Below are positions 53,057 through 63,405 of a stretch of 64,000 bases of DNA, piece by piece. This stretch comes from Trypanosoma brucei. Its lineage: Eukaryota. The notes under the pieces were generated by a model. It was not told where the DNA came from and did not search any database. It saw only the letters and a program-made list of their open reading frames with translations. Position numbers and translations under genes: made by a program. Location of the stretch: NCBI GenBank assembly GCA_000002445.1, contig CM000208.1, forward strand, positions 2,400,001 through 2,464,000. Direction: 5' to 3'. Within the stretch, counting starts at the first letter, position 1. The number at the start of each line of letters is the position of its first letter.

Positions 53057-53656
53057 CCCACAATATCAACACATTACATTTCCAACTTGGAAGGTGTTTT
53101 AACTTCACAGCGTCGTGACGCAGGGCACAAGGGCTGGCGAGATATCGAATGAACCTCCGCATTTATGAGGAGTGGCGAGGAACCGCTCACGTTGTTGTCC
53201 TCATCATCAACAATTTCAGAAACGGGAGGTCAGCGGGCGTTTCCTCATATCCGAGACAGGCACGTGGTTTGAAACGTGCATCTGGCTGACGTTGCATGTG
53301 TTAGCACCGAACTACCTTACGGCGGTACGTAGCCAGTCGATAGACCGTTTTTTTTTGTGTGTGTGTGAAGCTCACTCTCCATTGGAACCTTACAGATGGG
53401 CTTTATTCACTTAACACTTGCTTGTTTTCCAACCTAAGTTACTTGAGTACAAGTTTGTGGGTTTGCACGTGAGCGCGAGCCTCTGTTTTCCCCCACCAAG
53501 GGGAAAGTAGTCGAGTGGTTATTTTTGTGGGTTGATGTGCCCAGGCCGACATCTTCCGTGCTGCTGTGCGCCCTTCTTACCTTTCTCACTTACCTTTTTT
53601 ATTTGGATTATTGTCACGTAGTTGTCTGGTCTTAGGCCACGTCAACAGCGGATTCA

Positions 53657-54103
53657 ATGCCCCTAAGATGCACTAAACCACTGGGGGCGACACCCGCAAC
53701 GCCAACGGCCCCCCCAACAGGTCGCAAGGGACACCAAGTGGCTATTAACGGTTTCATCACCTGGATACTGGTAACAATGTCGTTGGTGGTGTATTTTCTC
53801 TGGGCGTTTATTCCCACATCATTCCTTGACATGGTCCTCGCGAGTTATTACCCTGACAAGTATTGGGCTGTTGCAATCCCCGCTATATTGGTTATGACTA
53901 TGGTGTACTACTTAACCGTGCATTTTCTGTTAATGTTATACAGGACGGACCCCCTCACCGACGGGTTTTGTGTGGCGCAGACAAACGGAGCGGTGAGGCA
54001 TGAAAGTATTGAGAACTTGGTCGATGTGGAGGACGGTGTTCCACCCATCACGGACATTCCAGTGAGTGTGGCAAGCAGGTTGTTGTTTCAACCGTGGAAT
54101 TGA
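53657..54103 (+). CDS. PIGP: Phosphatidylinositol N-acetylglucosaminyltransferase subunit P (PIG-P/GPI19), GPI-anchor biosynthesis step 1
   Basis: 148 aa with two TM helices. GFITWILVTMSLVVYFLWAFIPTSFLDMVLASYYPDKYWAVAIPAILVM matches the PIG-P core (YGFVLYI.S...F..YLLWAF.P...LHSLGITYYP.KYWA.A.PA.L). Confidence 0.8.
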   Translation: MPLRCTKPLGATPATPTAPPTGRKGHQVAINGFITWILVTMSLVVYFLWAFIPTSFLDMVLASYYPDKYWAVAIPAILVMTMVYYLTVHFLLMLYRTDPLTDGFCVAQTNGAVRHESIENLVDVEDGVPPITDIPVSVASRLLFQPWN

Positions 54104-54399
54104 TAAGGCAGGGGGTGGTCAGCGAGTATGCGTGAGCATGCACGACTGAAAGTTGGGGAATACGGCAGAAAAACTGTCTTTTCCATATACAAAAATTTGT
54201 GCAAACTCTCTTCTTTCGGATCGTGCGGTATGTCGCAACCAGTGGTGCATAGGACACACCAGTTAGAAAATATCTTCTGTTTGTTGTTGTTGTTTTTTTC
54301 CACCTGAGGGTTAGGTAGACAAGGGGTTGGCGGGTGAGATTTACGGTGTGAAGTAGTGGAGGTTTGCATTGTTCCCCACTAGTCCACTGAAGGGGTGGA

Positions 54400-56124
54400 A
54401 TGCGTCGTTGCAAACTGTGGCTACAAGGCAAGGGTCTAACAACGCTGATCTCTGCTGTCTCTTCATGTCGTGTTGCTCTGGCATCTGAGGACGTGTATAA
54501 AATCTGTGCGTTGCTGAAGGCCAAAGAAGATACGCTGCATTTGCAAACGAACCAGAGCTTTATCCATGGACTGCATGTTCAGTACAAAAAACTGGACCCA
54601 GAGGAGGTGACACCTTTTCAGAAGTCATTCATTGATGGTACCTTCGCCGCTTTCCCACTTAGCCCTGACTTGCTGGTTGCCTCCTCCCAGACCGGAAAGA
54701 ACGAGGGTAGTGATATAACCAACATTCAAGCAGGGGAGACAAGCATATCACCAGTTGTCGCCTCCGGAACCGTGGTGGAAAAATGTCCACACGCGGGTTT
54801 GGGGTCCGGTGGGGAGACAGAGGTGGAAGAGAGGTTAGCTGCCGTGTGGGATATTGTACAAGAGTGTCAAAAGTCTAACTTCGTTGGAACGGACGGAATA
54901 CAGAAGATACAAGTACACTGCAAAGCACTGGAGAGGCACTTACGACGAATGAGGCCCTTCGAAATAGTATCCCTCGTTAGGGCCCTCGCCACGATCAACT
55001 ACCAAGATTATGCGCTCACAAATCTGCTCGCTCGTCGGAGCTGTGAGGTCGCGTCAAAGCTGTCCTCTTCTGAAGTTTGCAGAACCTACTTCAACCTCAG
55101 CAAACTACAAAGCCACGACTCGATGGTGGCCTTCGTAAACCAGATTGAGATTCAGATGGACAATTTACATCGTGACCAGGTTCAGTTTGTTGCCATGGCG
55201 CTCGAACGCCAACCGCAGATCGCGTCAGCGCCAGCACGCATGGTGCCAAAGCTTTTGGCTAGAGCGGTTACGCTTCTCCACGAAGTAAATGATGCAGCGT
55301 ACCACAGGTCCCTGTTGGTTGTGGCAGCACGATACAACCTACGACGCCATCCTGCAGTTCCGAAAATAATTGCCAACGTGACTAAACATCTCGGCAGCGT
55401 CTCTGACCGCGATTTACTGACCATGCTGCAGTCCGCAGTGGATCTCGAAATTTCAGCGGGTACCACAGGGATGTCCGAGCTGCTAGAGAGAACAGAAACT
55501 GCGGTGGATACGGTGGAAGTGAGGTCTCTCGACACACTCGTGGACATACTCTCTGTCCTGCCCGTAGACACGGGAAAGATAATGGAAAGGTTGTTAAACC
55601 GTCTCACAGTAGACGCTGGTAAACTGTCCATACCTCAGTTAGCCCTGACGCTCGATCTCTTATCCGGCTATCCGGCTGCAAGGGGCCACCCGTGCATTGC
55701 AGCTTTAGCGTTTGCGGCCTCAATGAGGGCCGACTCCTTCGACGGCGAAGCGCTAGAACAATTGCTGCTGAATCTGGGCCAATTGGGTCAATTCTCCGAT
55801 GACTTTTATGCGTTGGTGCAAGTTTTGCAGAACGTCAAGGGTGGCTTCCGTAGCGCTGAGAAGTTATTCGAGTTGATGAGGTGCTGTACCCGGGACGTTG
55901 TATCAGATGTCCGGGGCCAAGACATGATCACGAGGGGGATTCTGGGATTGGCGCCGGGCATGAACGACGAAAATTTATCAGAGGCTCGCAAACTCCTTGT
56001 GCAGCTCGGTGTTGATGATAAAAACGTTCATCAGATTATTTTCCGTCGTGCGAAGCAGATCCAAAGAGAGTCAGGTAGTCGGTGGGGTCGCCGCGGTTAC
56101 GATGTCTCGGGCGACACCATGTAG
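54400..56124 (+). CDS. Alpha-helical repeat protein (HPR/FASTK-like), paralog A of tandem pair; putative mitochondrial RNA-binding
   Basis: 574 aa. Leucine-rich ~35-40-aa helical units (IVSLVRALATINYQDYALTNLLARRSCEV; LLTMLQSAVDLE..; LVDILSVLPVDTGKIMERLLNRL; LALTLDLLSGYPAA). The N-terminus is homologous to the downstream gene. Confidence 0.6.
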   Translation: MRRCKLWLQGKGLTTLISAVSSCRVALASEDVYKICALLKAKEDTLHLQTNQSFIHGLHVQYKKLDPEEVTPFQKSFIDGTFAAFPLSPDLLVASSQTGKNEGSDITNIQAGETSISPVVASGTVVEKCPHAGLGSGGETEVEERLAAVWDIVQECQKSNFVGTDGIQKIQVHCKALERHLRRMRPFEIVSLVRALATINYQDYALTNLLARRSCEVASKLSSSEVCRTYFNLSKLQSHDSMVAFVNQIEIQMDNLHRDQVQFVAMALERQPQIASAPARMVPKLLARAVTLLHEVNDAAYHRSLLVVAARYNLRRHPAVPKIIANVTKHLGSVSDRDLLTMLQSAVDLEISAGTTGMSELLERTETAVDTVEVRSLDTLVDILSVLPVDTGKIMERLLNRLTVDAGKLSIPQLALTLDLLSGYPAARGHPCIAALAFAASMRADSFDGEALEQLLLNLGQLGQFSDDFYALVQVLQNVKGGFRSAEKLFELMRCCTRDVVSDVRGQDMITRGILGLAPGMNDENLSEARKLLVQLGVDDKNVHQIIFRRAKQIQRESGSRWGRRGYDVSGDTM

Positions 56125-56427
56125 CGGCAACCACGGTGCTTTTACCCAGCTCTGTCGTTAGCGCCACCTACGGTTAGTATCTGTAGCTTTTTTCCCTGTG
56201 GGTTTCACACATTGTCAACCTATTACTGGGCAGCTGTGTCTGTCTCCTGTTTGTATTGGCTCCGCAGCGGTATTTTGATGCGCTGTGTGTGCAAAATTGT
56301 TTTTCCCCTCTTTCTTTCTTGACGGGCGTTGCGGTGGCAAATGTACTCGGTTGTTTATTGATTTATTACCACAGTTCCATAGGCTAAAGTCACGCTAGAG
56401 TGGAAACTTGTGTTCACTGTGGGCACA

Positions 56428-58065
56428 ATGCTCAACGTTCTCTCGAGCACAGCTTCGGCCGCGCTCGCGACAGTAGTAGTGGCACGCCCCTCCGCACTAC
56501 ACCTCATATTTGAGCGATGCAAGCTGAATCTTGTGGAATTCACGGCTCAGGACGTATATCAAATTTGCACCACCGCGTACAACATGGACACGCTGGGCAT
56601 GCTTCAGGATCCGGACTTCATGCGTGGGCTTCATGACGCCTTCCGACGCTCGGATCAGACGGTTATCTCCCCGTTTCAGGCGAACCTTATCGCTGATACC
56701 TTCCGCAAGGTGGGCATCAACAGCATGCCGAAGGAAGTGTCTGTGCCGGAGGAGGACGCCATTTCCCCCGAGTCACTTATACTAGTGCTTCGCAACATGA
56801 ACATCACGAAGCAGCGAGATGAGCGAAAGATTAACGAAGTTTTAAAATTGATGTTTCCTATATTAGACGAATTTAGTCCGACACAGCTGTCTCTCACGGT
56901 AACAGAGTTGGCGAGGCTAAAGTCTACAAATGCCGATTTCGTGGGTAAATTAGCCAAACGGATTATGGAATATAACGATGACTTAAGTGCACTTGACATA
57001 TCGTCAGCTGCTGTAAGCCTCGCCTACTGCCCGGGAATATCGCATAATATACTTTACCGCATGATGCAAATTGTAGAGGAGAGGATGGGGGAATTCCAGC
57101 CAGAGGATTACATTAACGTTTTACACGCTCTTAACACATTAGGGCCCAAGTTTGTGAATACCTTCCGAAAAATAGTGGAGTGTGGCCTGCAGCATGTGGA
57201 AAACATGGATGCCGTAACGTTGACAAATTATATGGTTTGTTTTTCAACAATGGACTACAAGCAGCGTGAACACATTGATATCTACGCAGATGCGCTGGTG
57301 GAAGTTGCGACAGACCTCTCTGAAAAGGATCTGGTGATGGCTTTTATCGCGCTCCAGCGACTTCGACTTCTCAGTGACACAATGTTTGGCACCATGGCGT
57401 CTTGTGTGATACGTTACGCAGCGAAAATGGACCCGCGTAACATCGCACCTATTATGGACATCTGCAGCACCGTCCCTCATGCATCCGATCACCTCATGAA
57501 GGTCCTCATGGATCGCGCTGTCGAGTGTACGCGCATTCTTACAGCGAATCAATTAGGAGACATTCTCGATATATTGGGCCTTTACCCACCAGCACGAGAG
57601 CATCCACTTGTACAGCTGTTCGGAAAGCAGGCTCGGCTCCGCCTGGATTTGATGGGCCCCGATGCGCTCGCTAATGCCACTCGGGGGCTGGCGAACCTTG
57701 GTTACGCGGACCCGGAGTATTACGCTCAAGCGGCGGAGACGGGCTTTCGCTATGGTTTCAAAGACTGGACTCTGCTGGAACCGATGCTCATGGGCCTCAG
57801 CATCACAGGTCAATGCCCACCTACCATGGTGCGAGTGCTCGGTTCACATATAGCGCCAATGGCCCGCTCAATGAGTTTAATGGAAATCGAGAGGGCTAAT
57901 CGTTATTTGAGGCGTCTCGGCTGCGAAGATGACTTTGTTTACAAGGCGATGGCGAGTCGTGTGTTGCAATTTGTGAAAGAGGTTACGCCTGAAATGCCGG
58001 AAGACCTGCAGGTCCTACTGCAGAGGGGGGCGGTTGAGCCTGGAGCTGCTCCCGGAGTTATGTGA
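56428..58065 (+). CDS. Alpha-helical repeat protein (HPR/FASTK-like), paralog B of tandem pair; putative mitochondrial RNA-binding
   Basis: Start at ATG 56428 (MLNVLSSTASAALATVVVARPSAL); the track start is GTG 56410. Aligns with gene A: QDVYQICTTAYNMDTLGMLQDPDFMRGLHDAFRRSDQTVISPFQANLIADTF vs EDVYKICALLKAKEDTLHLQTNQSFIHGLHVQYKKLDPEEVTPFQKSFIDGTF. Similar helical repeats occur throughout. Confidence 0.6.
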   Translation: MLNVLSSTASAALATVVVARPSALHLIFERCKLNLVEFTAQDVYQICTTAYNMDTLGMLQDPDFMRGLHDAFRRSDQTVISPFQANLIADTFRKVGINSMPKEVSVPEEDAISPESLILVLRNMNITKQRDERKINEVLKLMFPILDEFSPTQLSLTVTELARLKSTNADFVGKLAKRIMEYNDDLSALDISSAAVSLAYCPGISHNILYRMMQIVEERMGEFQPEDYINVLHALNTLGPKFVNTFRKIVECGLQHVENMDAVTLTNYMVCFSTMDYKQREHIDIYADALVEVATDLSEKDLVMAFIALQRLRLLSDTMFGTMASCVIRYAAKMDPRNIAPIMDICSTVPHASDHLMKVLMDRAVECTRILTANQLGDILDILGLYPPAREHPLVQLFGKQARLRLDLMGPDALANATRGLANLGYADPEYYAQAAETGFRYGFKDWTLLEPMLMGLSITGQCPPTMVRVLGSHIAPMARSMSLMEIERANRYLRRLGCEDDFVYKAMASRVLQFVKEVTPEMPEDLQVLLQRGAVEPGAAPGVM

Positions 58066-58189
58066 CAAGGCATATGAACTGCATCTCCGTCGATGCTGTC
58101 ACTTCGTTACAAAGAGAGGAGAGTTCTTGGAGGGAGGGCCATTTCCTACACGTACCTCTTAGGATATTTTATGTGTGCGGGTATGCGAT

Positions 58190-58330
58190 CTTCTTTTTTT
58201 TTTTTTGTACCTCTTTGTGCATTGTCTATATGGCTGTAACAACAATTCCACCTTGTGTTCTTTTTCGACTGCCTGTTACCTAATTCTTCCTCTTTTCTCC
58301 TCTCCCCCACACTGCATGTTGGGCACTCGG
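58190..58330 (+). promoter_or_regulatory. Polypyrimidine-rich region upstream of the DUF1749 gene
   Basis: A T16 run followed by C/T-rich sequence (cttcctcttttctcctctccccc). Confidence 0.4.
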
Positions 58331-58459
58331 CTCTCGTTCACTTTTGTGGCCGTCCTTCTAGGTGCCATTCACTCAGACGCACAGGAAACAGGAAGGTGAC
58401 AAAACTCGTTACATTCGGTTTGTATCGATTATATTATTATCCTTCCTTCACAAGCTACT

Positions 58460-59455
58460 ATGTACCGGTCCCGGCCCGAGCCCGTTCAGGGCCACTTGTT
58501 TACCTACTACAAAGATCCCTACTGTAAGATACCCGTTTTCATGATGAATATGGACGCCCGTCGGTGCGTTTTGTGGGTAGGAGGACAGACTGAGTCCTTA
58601 TTAAGCTTTGACTACTTCACCAACCTTGCTGAGGAACTCCAGGGGGATTGGGCCTTCGTTCAAGTTGAGGTGCCAAGCGGGAAGATCGGCTCCGGTCCAC
58701 AGGACCACGCACATGATGCCGAAGATGTGGATGACCTCATTGGTATTTTGTTGAGGGACCACTGTATGAATGAAGTGGCACTATTCGCAACAAGCACAGG
58801 AACTCAGTTGGTGTTTGAGCTGCTCGAAAATAGTGCCCACAAGAGTTCTATCACACGCGTCATACTTCATGGTGTCGTCTGCGACCCTGAGAACCCATTG
58901 TTCACTCCTGAGGGGTGCGCAGCGCGAAAAGAGCATGTCGAAAAGCTAATGGCAGAGGGCCGCGGTGAAGATTCTCTTGCGATGCTCAAGCACTACGACA
59001 TCCCTATTACCCCTGCACGCCTTGCAGGCGGAGGCTTCCCCACCCTCCAGGAAGCCGTTTGGAACCCTTGCATTCGCAAGGAATTTGACGTGCTGCGGAG
59101 GTCCGTCGGTGTGATTAAGGTTCCATTGCTTCTCATGCTTGCCCACAACGTGCAATACAAGCCGTCCGACGAGGAAGTAGGAACTGTCCTAGAGGGCGTG
59201 AGGGATCACACAGGATGCAATCGTGTCACCGTGTCGTATTTCAACGACACGTGTGATGAACTTCGTCGCGTGTTGAAAGCAGCAGAAAGCGAGCATGTGG
59301 CCGCCATTCTTCAGTTTCTTGCTGATGAAGACGAATTCCGCACCGAGACTGAGAAGAACAACCGAATTAAAGCAGCTGAGGATGAAAAGAAGAGAAAATC
59401 GGTCCTACAGGTATCATCTTTTGCTCAAGCCGCTTCCTCAGTGAAAGCTTCGTAA
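58460..59455 (+). CDS. DUF1749/UPF0613-family alpha/beta-hydrolase-fold protein
   Basis: GHLFTY......VLWVGGQTESLLSFDYFTNLAEELQGDWAFVQVEVPSGKIGSGPQDHAHDAEDVDDLIGILL.....EVALFATSTGTQ matches the UPF0613 pattern (V.FIGGL.DGL....Y...LA..L...W...Q...SSSY.G.G..SL..D..E........L.......I.LMGHSTGCQ). Confidence 0.6.
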   Translation: MYRSRPEPVQGHLFTYYKDPYCKIPVFMMNMDARRCVLWVGGQTESLLSFDYFTNLAEELQGDWAFVQVEVPSGKIGSGPQDHAHDAEDVDDLIGILLRDHCMNEVALFATSTGTQLVFELLENSAHKSSITRVILHGVVCDPENPLFTPEGCAARKEHVEKLMAEGRGEDSLAMLKHYDIPITPARLAGGGFPTLQEAVWNPCIRKEFDVLRRSVGVIKVPLLLMLAHNVQYKPSDEEVGTVLEGVRDHTGCNRVTVSYFNDTCDELRRVLKAAESEHVAAILQFLADEDEFRTETEKNNRIKAAEDEKKRKSVLQVSSFAQAASSVKAS

Positions 59456-59851
59456 GGAACCTATGTATTTTTACTGCATGCAAAACAACTTATAAAAAGT
59501 ACCGAAGGCAAGGAAGAAAAACAAGGTGAAGAATGTTTCCAAGGGGCTCCCCGATGTATTTCGATGTTTAAAGAGAGGAGGTTTTGATTCGTTTTGTCCT
59601 TCATGTATCTGGGCAACTAACACTCCGCTCCATTTTTTGTCGCTATTGGCTTGTCCCTAAGCATCTAGTTGTGCCCTCAAAGTGGGTTCATCACTTCTGA
59701 GGTGCGTGCCTTTTAAAGCAACGAGAGTGTTTCCCTGTTTTTTGGCCGCCTTTTCCGGTGCAATGTGTAAACTTCCCACATTTTTTCTCTCATAAATGTG
59801 TAAGCGGCCCTCACCTCCTCGCGGGTGGTTGTGTGGAGCAATAAGGAAAAC

Positions 59852-61837
59852 ATGACAGACGCCGAATCTGACGGCACTGTTGAGTACTACGTGGAAGATG
59901 CCACAGCGATTTCGGTTTTATTCACGCGATCATTGAGCGGGAGCTCGAGTAGGTCATCTACGGGTGGTGAATCACCCGTACCAGCGGCGAAGACTAAACC
60001 TTTCGGTGAGATTGCAGCTTTGGCTCGCTATCCGTTAGGTTCGTGGGAACGCCACGTCGTCGAAGAGCGGCTTCGCGCTATCAAGCGACATGAACGGGAG
60101 CGTATACTCCGCGCTGAAATAGAAAAGGAATGCACCTTTAAACCTCGTGTGATTTCCTCGGATGGGCACACCCGCAGTGCGTCAGCAGGGGCACCCCAAC
60201 CTGAGTCAGATCGACGGACACAGGTGTTCATGCGACTTACCGAGAGGGCGAAGAAACGGGACGCTCGAATTGCTCAACTAAAGGCAGAGAAGGAACTCAA
60301 GGAGGAAGAAGCGCTACGGGATGCCTTTAAGCCTCGTGTCAACGCAGCGGGGGAGCCGAAGAGTGCGCTTAACGTGCGCTCGCTTAACGTTCCGGTGGAG
60401 GAAAGACTCCTTCACTACGGCAAGACCATAGAGGAGAGCCGTCGTTTGCTTCAAGAGGAGCGTCGGCGAGAGGAACTGAAGGAAATGCGCAACGGTTTGC
60501 TTCCTCGGAGGGAGCGAAACAACGCCCCAAAGAAGGAAGAGAGGGATATTGCCTACCGTTCGCAACATTTAATCATAGAGCGCGAAAAGGAACGGGCGCT
60601 TGCCCAAAAGGCCCTTCTGGAGCAACATCCATTTCGCCCAAAGGTGTGCAGTACGTCAGACGCGATCGACCGTGAGCGAAGGGCTCAGTACAACGCCAAG
60701 GATCGTGGAGCACTGCTCTACGCCGAAGGGTTACATAGACAGCGACGACGGCAAGAAGAGGTTGTGCGGCAACAAAAACGAGAGTTCAGTGGATCCGGCA
60801 AACCGACCACGAGCCCGTTAACCAACGACTGGATTTACCATGGGCAACACAGGGCCCTCTTCGAGCAGAATTTCGTTCGCCGACAGGAGTTGTACCAGCA
60901 AGTGCGGGAGGAGCACCAGCGACGACTTGCATTGGCCCTCGAAGAGAATGATAGAAAGGCTGCCGAAATTCCGCGCATTGACCCAGCAATGATTGAGGAA
61001 CAAGTAGAACGCCTTTACCTCGGCGGCTACGGAGTTGGTAAAGAATCCAAGAAATGCAAAGACCGTCTTGATAAGGATGATGGTTGTTCCTTTCGTCCAC
61101 AACTTGCACCTGGAACAGCATATGTTATCGCACACTCCAGGCGTGAGCCGGATGTCGTGAAGCGTTTGGCAGCATCTACGCAGCGGAGGCGGTGTGCATC
61201 AGATGTCAATATATTCGGATCATACGACGAGGGAAATGAGGAAAGGGAAGAAAAGGCGAAGAATAAAAACAGCAATGCACGGACTGTAGGGCCCGAAGAG
61301 GCTGAGGAGTTTTATCAGCGACAGAAGCGTGCTGTGGAAGAGCGGCAAGCACAGTTACGCGAACGCAAGCAACGACTGGCAATGGAAGAACTCTTTGCTT
61401 GTACATTCAGGCCGAAGACGTGTACAGACGGGTATCAGCAACGGCGCCAAAGGGAAGTGTCGCCAGAGAGGCAAAAAGAATATAGAGTGGAGGCTCGCGT
61501 CTCCGGGGTAACCGCCTATCTGCAGCGCCAAGCTGAGGCAAAACGGCAACGAGACGACTTGCGGGCGAGGTACGAAAACCTTGGTCGCTTGTCTTCTTCA
61601 AGTGCGCGGGGCCCAACTGTCATTAAGCCGTTTAACCTGTCAAGCGGACGCGCATCGCGCACGCGCTGCTTGAGTTCCGCCACAGCTTCACAGGGATGTA
61701 ACAGCGAGGTGGAAGAGCGAGAGGGTAATCGTCACACAGATTTATTTACTCAGCAGGAGGTTATCGAGGCGCTTGATGGGAAGCGAGAACCGGCATCTGC
61801 GAGGTGCCACCACCAACGAACGCGGGGCCCCTGGTGA
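59852..61837 (+). CDS. Highly charged R/E/K-rich coiled-coil protein with five spaced xF[KR]P[KRQ] motifs; hypothetical
   Basis: Start at ATG 59852 (MTDAESDG); the track start is GTG 59825. The motifs are CTFKPRV, DAFKPRV, HPFRPKV, CSFRPQL and CTFRPKT, separated by ERR/EEL/KRQ-rich helical stretches. Confidence 0.6.
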   Translation: MTDAESDGTVEYYVEDATAISVLFTRSLSGSSSRSSTGGESPVPAAKTKPFGEIAALARYPLGSWERHVVEERLRAIKRHERERILRAEIEKECTFKPRVISSDGHTRSASAGAPQPESDRRTQVFMRLTERAKKRDARIAQLKAEKELKEEEALRDAFKPRVNAAGEPKSALNVRSLNVPVEERLLHYGKTIEESRRLLQEERRREELKEMRNGLLPRRERNNAPKKEERDIAYRSQHLIIEREKERALAQKALLEQHPFRPKVCSTSDAIDRERRAQYNAKDRGALLYAEGLHRQRRRQEEVVRQQKREFSGSGKPTTSPLTNDWIYHGQHRALFEQNFVRRQELYQQVREEHQRRLALALEENDRKAAEIPRIDPAMIEEQVERLYLGGYGVGKESKKCKDRLDKDDGCSFRPQLAPGTAYVIAHSRREPDVVKRLAASTQRRRCASDVNIFGSYDEGNEEREEKAKNKNSNARTVGPEEAEEFYQRQKRAVEERQAQLRERKQRLAMEELFACTFRPKTCTDGYQQRRQREVSPERQKEYRVEARVSGVTAYLQRQAEAKRQRDDLRARYENLGRLSSSSARGPTVIKPFNLSSGRASRTRCLSSATASQGCNSEVEEREGNRHTDLFTQQEVIEALDGKREPASARCHHQRTRGPW

Positions 61838-62194
61838 CGATATTTTTAAATTCAATGAGAGTGCAGCAGGTGATACTGCTGATGACACGCTGGTACGTGC
61901 CCAGGGACCGACAAGTCAAAAACGGTGTCCCAGCAAGACGCTGCTGATCCCTGTGCTGTATGATGCCGTAGCCGGAGCAAAGAAATGTTCCAAAGGAGAG
62001 GAAGGCTGCTGGCTCTTGGCTTCCCCCGATGAAACGGGGTAATGGACCCTGGCACCACGTTGAGGTGGCCGGCATCGCCATGGGAAACCGCAGGTCCCAC
62101 GCCACATCAATGAGGGCAGAGAACAGCCACGATAATCGTGAGTTCAGTCTGTGTTGCTGTGCCCCCACAAACCGTCCAAAATCTGTTTTTCTTT

Positions 62195-62217
62195 TGTGTG
62201 TGTGTGTGTGTGTGTGT
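62195..62217. repeat. (TG)n microsatellite
   Basis: tgtgtgtgtgtgtgtgtgtgtgt is directly visible in the 5' region of the PPR gene. Confidence 0.9.
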
Positions 62218-62538
62218 TTTAATTATTGTTCTTGTGTGATGCTATTCATCGGTCTCACTTACTTCACAACCAACTGTTCCTCCTCTTTCTCACTTTCTGG
62301 TTACTTTTGCTCATCCTGTTTGCTGTCGTCGTCTACCACCGAAACTGAACGGCTGCCAATTTTATACCTTTCATTGAGCCCGGCGGAGTCCTGTATCACC
62401 ACAGCCCGAACTGACCCAACGGTACTGGAAAAAGTGCGGGTATCACTAATTTCTGTTGTGTACAGCAAAGCCGCGCGTAGGTGCTTTCTTTGTTTTCGGT
62501 TGCCATCGCAGACATTTTGTTCACCCCAGCGCCGTGTC

Positions 62539-63405
62539 ATGGCAATGCTTTCACAGGCTCGCGTAGCAGGTTGGGCGTCGCGCTGGCTTACTGATGAATT
62601 AGTGGCACTCTCTAAGGCGGGGAATTGGGAAGCAGCGATTAGCACCTTTTTACAATTGCAGCAGGCCAACATCGTGCAGAGCAATGTCTTTCATTATACA
62701 ACTGTAATTAGTGCTTGCGGTCGTGCTGGGAAATGGGAAGCAGCCATGTCCATTTTTGACCAGATGACGAAGAACGAAGTGAAACCCAACGTCTACACGT
62801 ACACGGCTGTGATTAATGCCTGCGCCAGCGCCGAGAAAGCAGACGTTGCGCTCCGCATGTTCGCCCATATGAGGTTGGCAGATGTACCACCCAACGTGCA
62901 AACCATGACAGCTCTTGTTAACGCGTGTGCTCGTTCCGGCGAATGGGAACGAGCGATAAAAATACTTCGCGATTGCGAGGAACTTTTTGTAGCGCCAAAT
63001 GTCTTCACATACACCGCTGCAATGGACGGGTGCAGGCGGGGGGGTGTTTGGAAACCTGCGGTGGATTTGCTCAACGAGATGCGCGACCCGACCCGCGTTC
63101 GCCCCAACGAGGTCACGTACAACACTGTGATTAATGCATGTGCGGTGGCGTCCGAGTTGAATGCCGCGCTCCAAGTTTATGCGACTATGGTAAGCGATGG
63201 ATACACTCCTGTCAACTTCACCAAAACACTGCTGATGCAGTTGTTTAGAAACACAGCACTCAGTGGCCTAGCTGATGAACTGAAGGTGCGTAAAACCACC
63301 TGGCGAGAGATAAATGTCCCCGACACTGACCCTGCCACAGCACTTGAAGCTGTCCGCGAGGATTCCCCGGCAGTGGAGGAGGAGGAGGAGGAAGGGAAAG
63401 GGTAA
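62539..63405 (+). CDS. Pentatricopeptide repeat (PPR) protein, predicted mitochondrial
   Basis: Start at ATG 62539 (MAMLSQARVAGWASRWL). About 7 canonical 35-aa PPR units: VFHYTTVISACGRAGKWEAAMSIFDQMTKNEVKPN, VYTYTAVINACASAEKADVALRMFAHMRLADVPPN, VQTMTALVNACARSGEWERAIKILRDCEELFVAPN, VFTYTAAMDGCRRGGVWKPAVDLLNEM, EVTYNTVINACAVASELNAALQVYATMVSDGYTP. The tail is acidic. Confidence 0.8.
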   Translation: MAMLSQARVAGWASRWLTDELVALSKAGNWEAAISTFLQLQQANIVQSNVFHYTTVISACGRAGKWEAAMSIFDQMTKNEVKPNVYTYTAVINACASAEKADVALRMFAHMRLADVPPNVQTMTALVNACARSGEWERAIKILRDCEELFVAPNVFTYTAAMDGCRRGGVWKPAVDLLNEMRDPTRVRPNEVTYNTVINACAVASELNAALQVYATMVSDGYTPVNFTKTLLMQLFRNTALSGLADELKVRKTTWREINVPDTDPATALEAVREDSPAVEEEEEEGKG

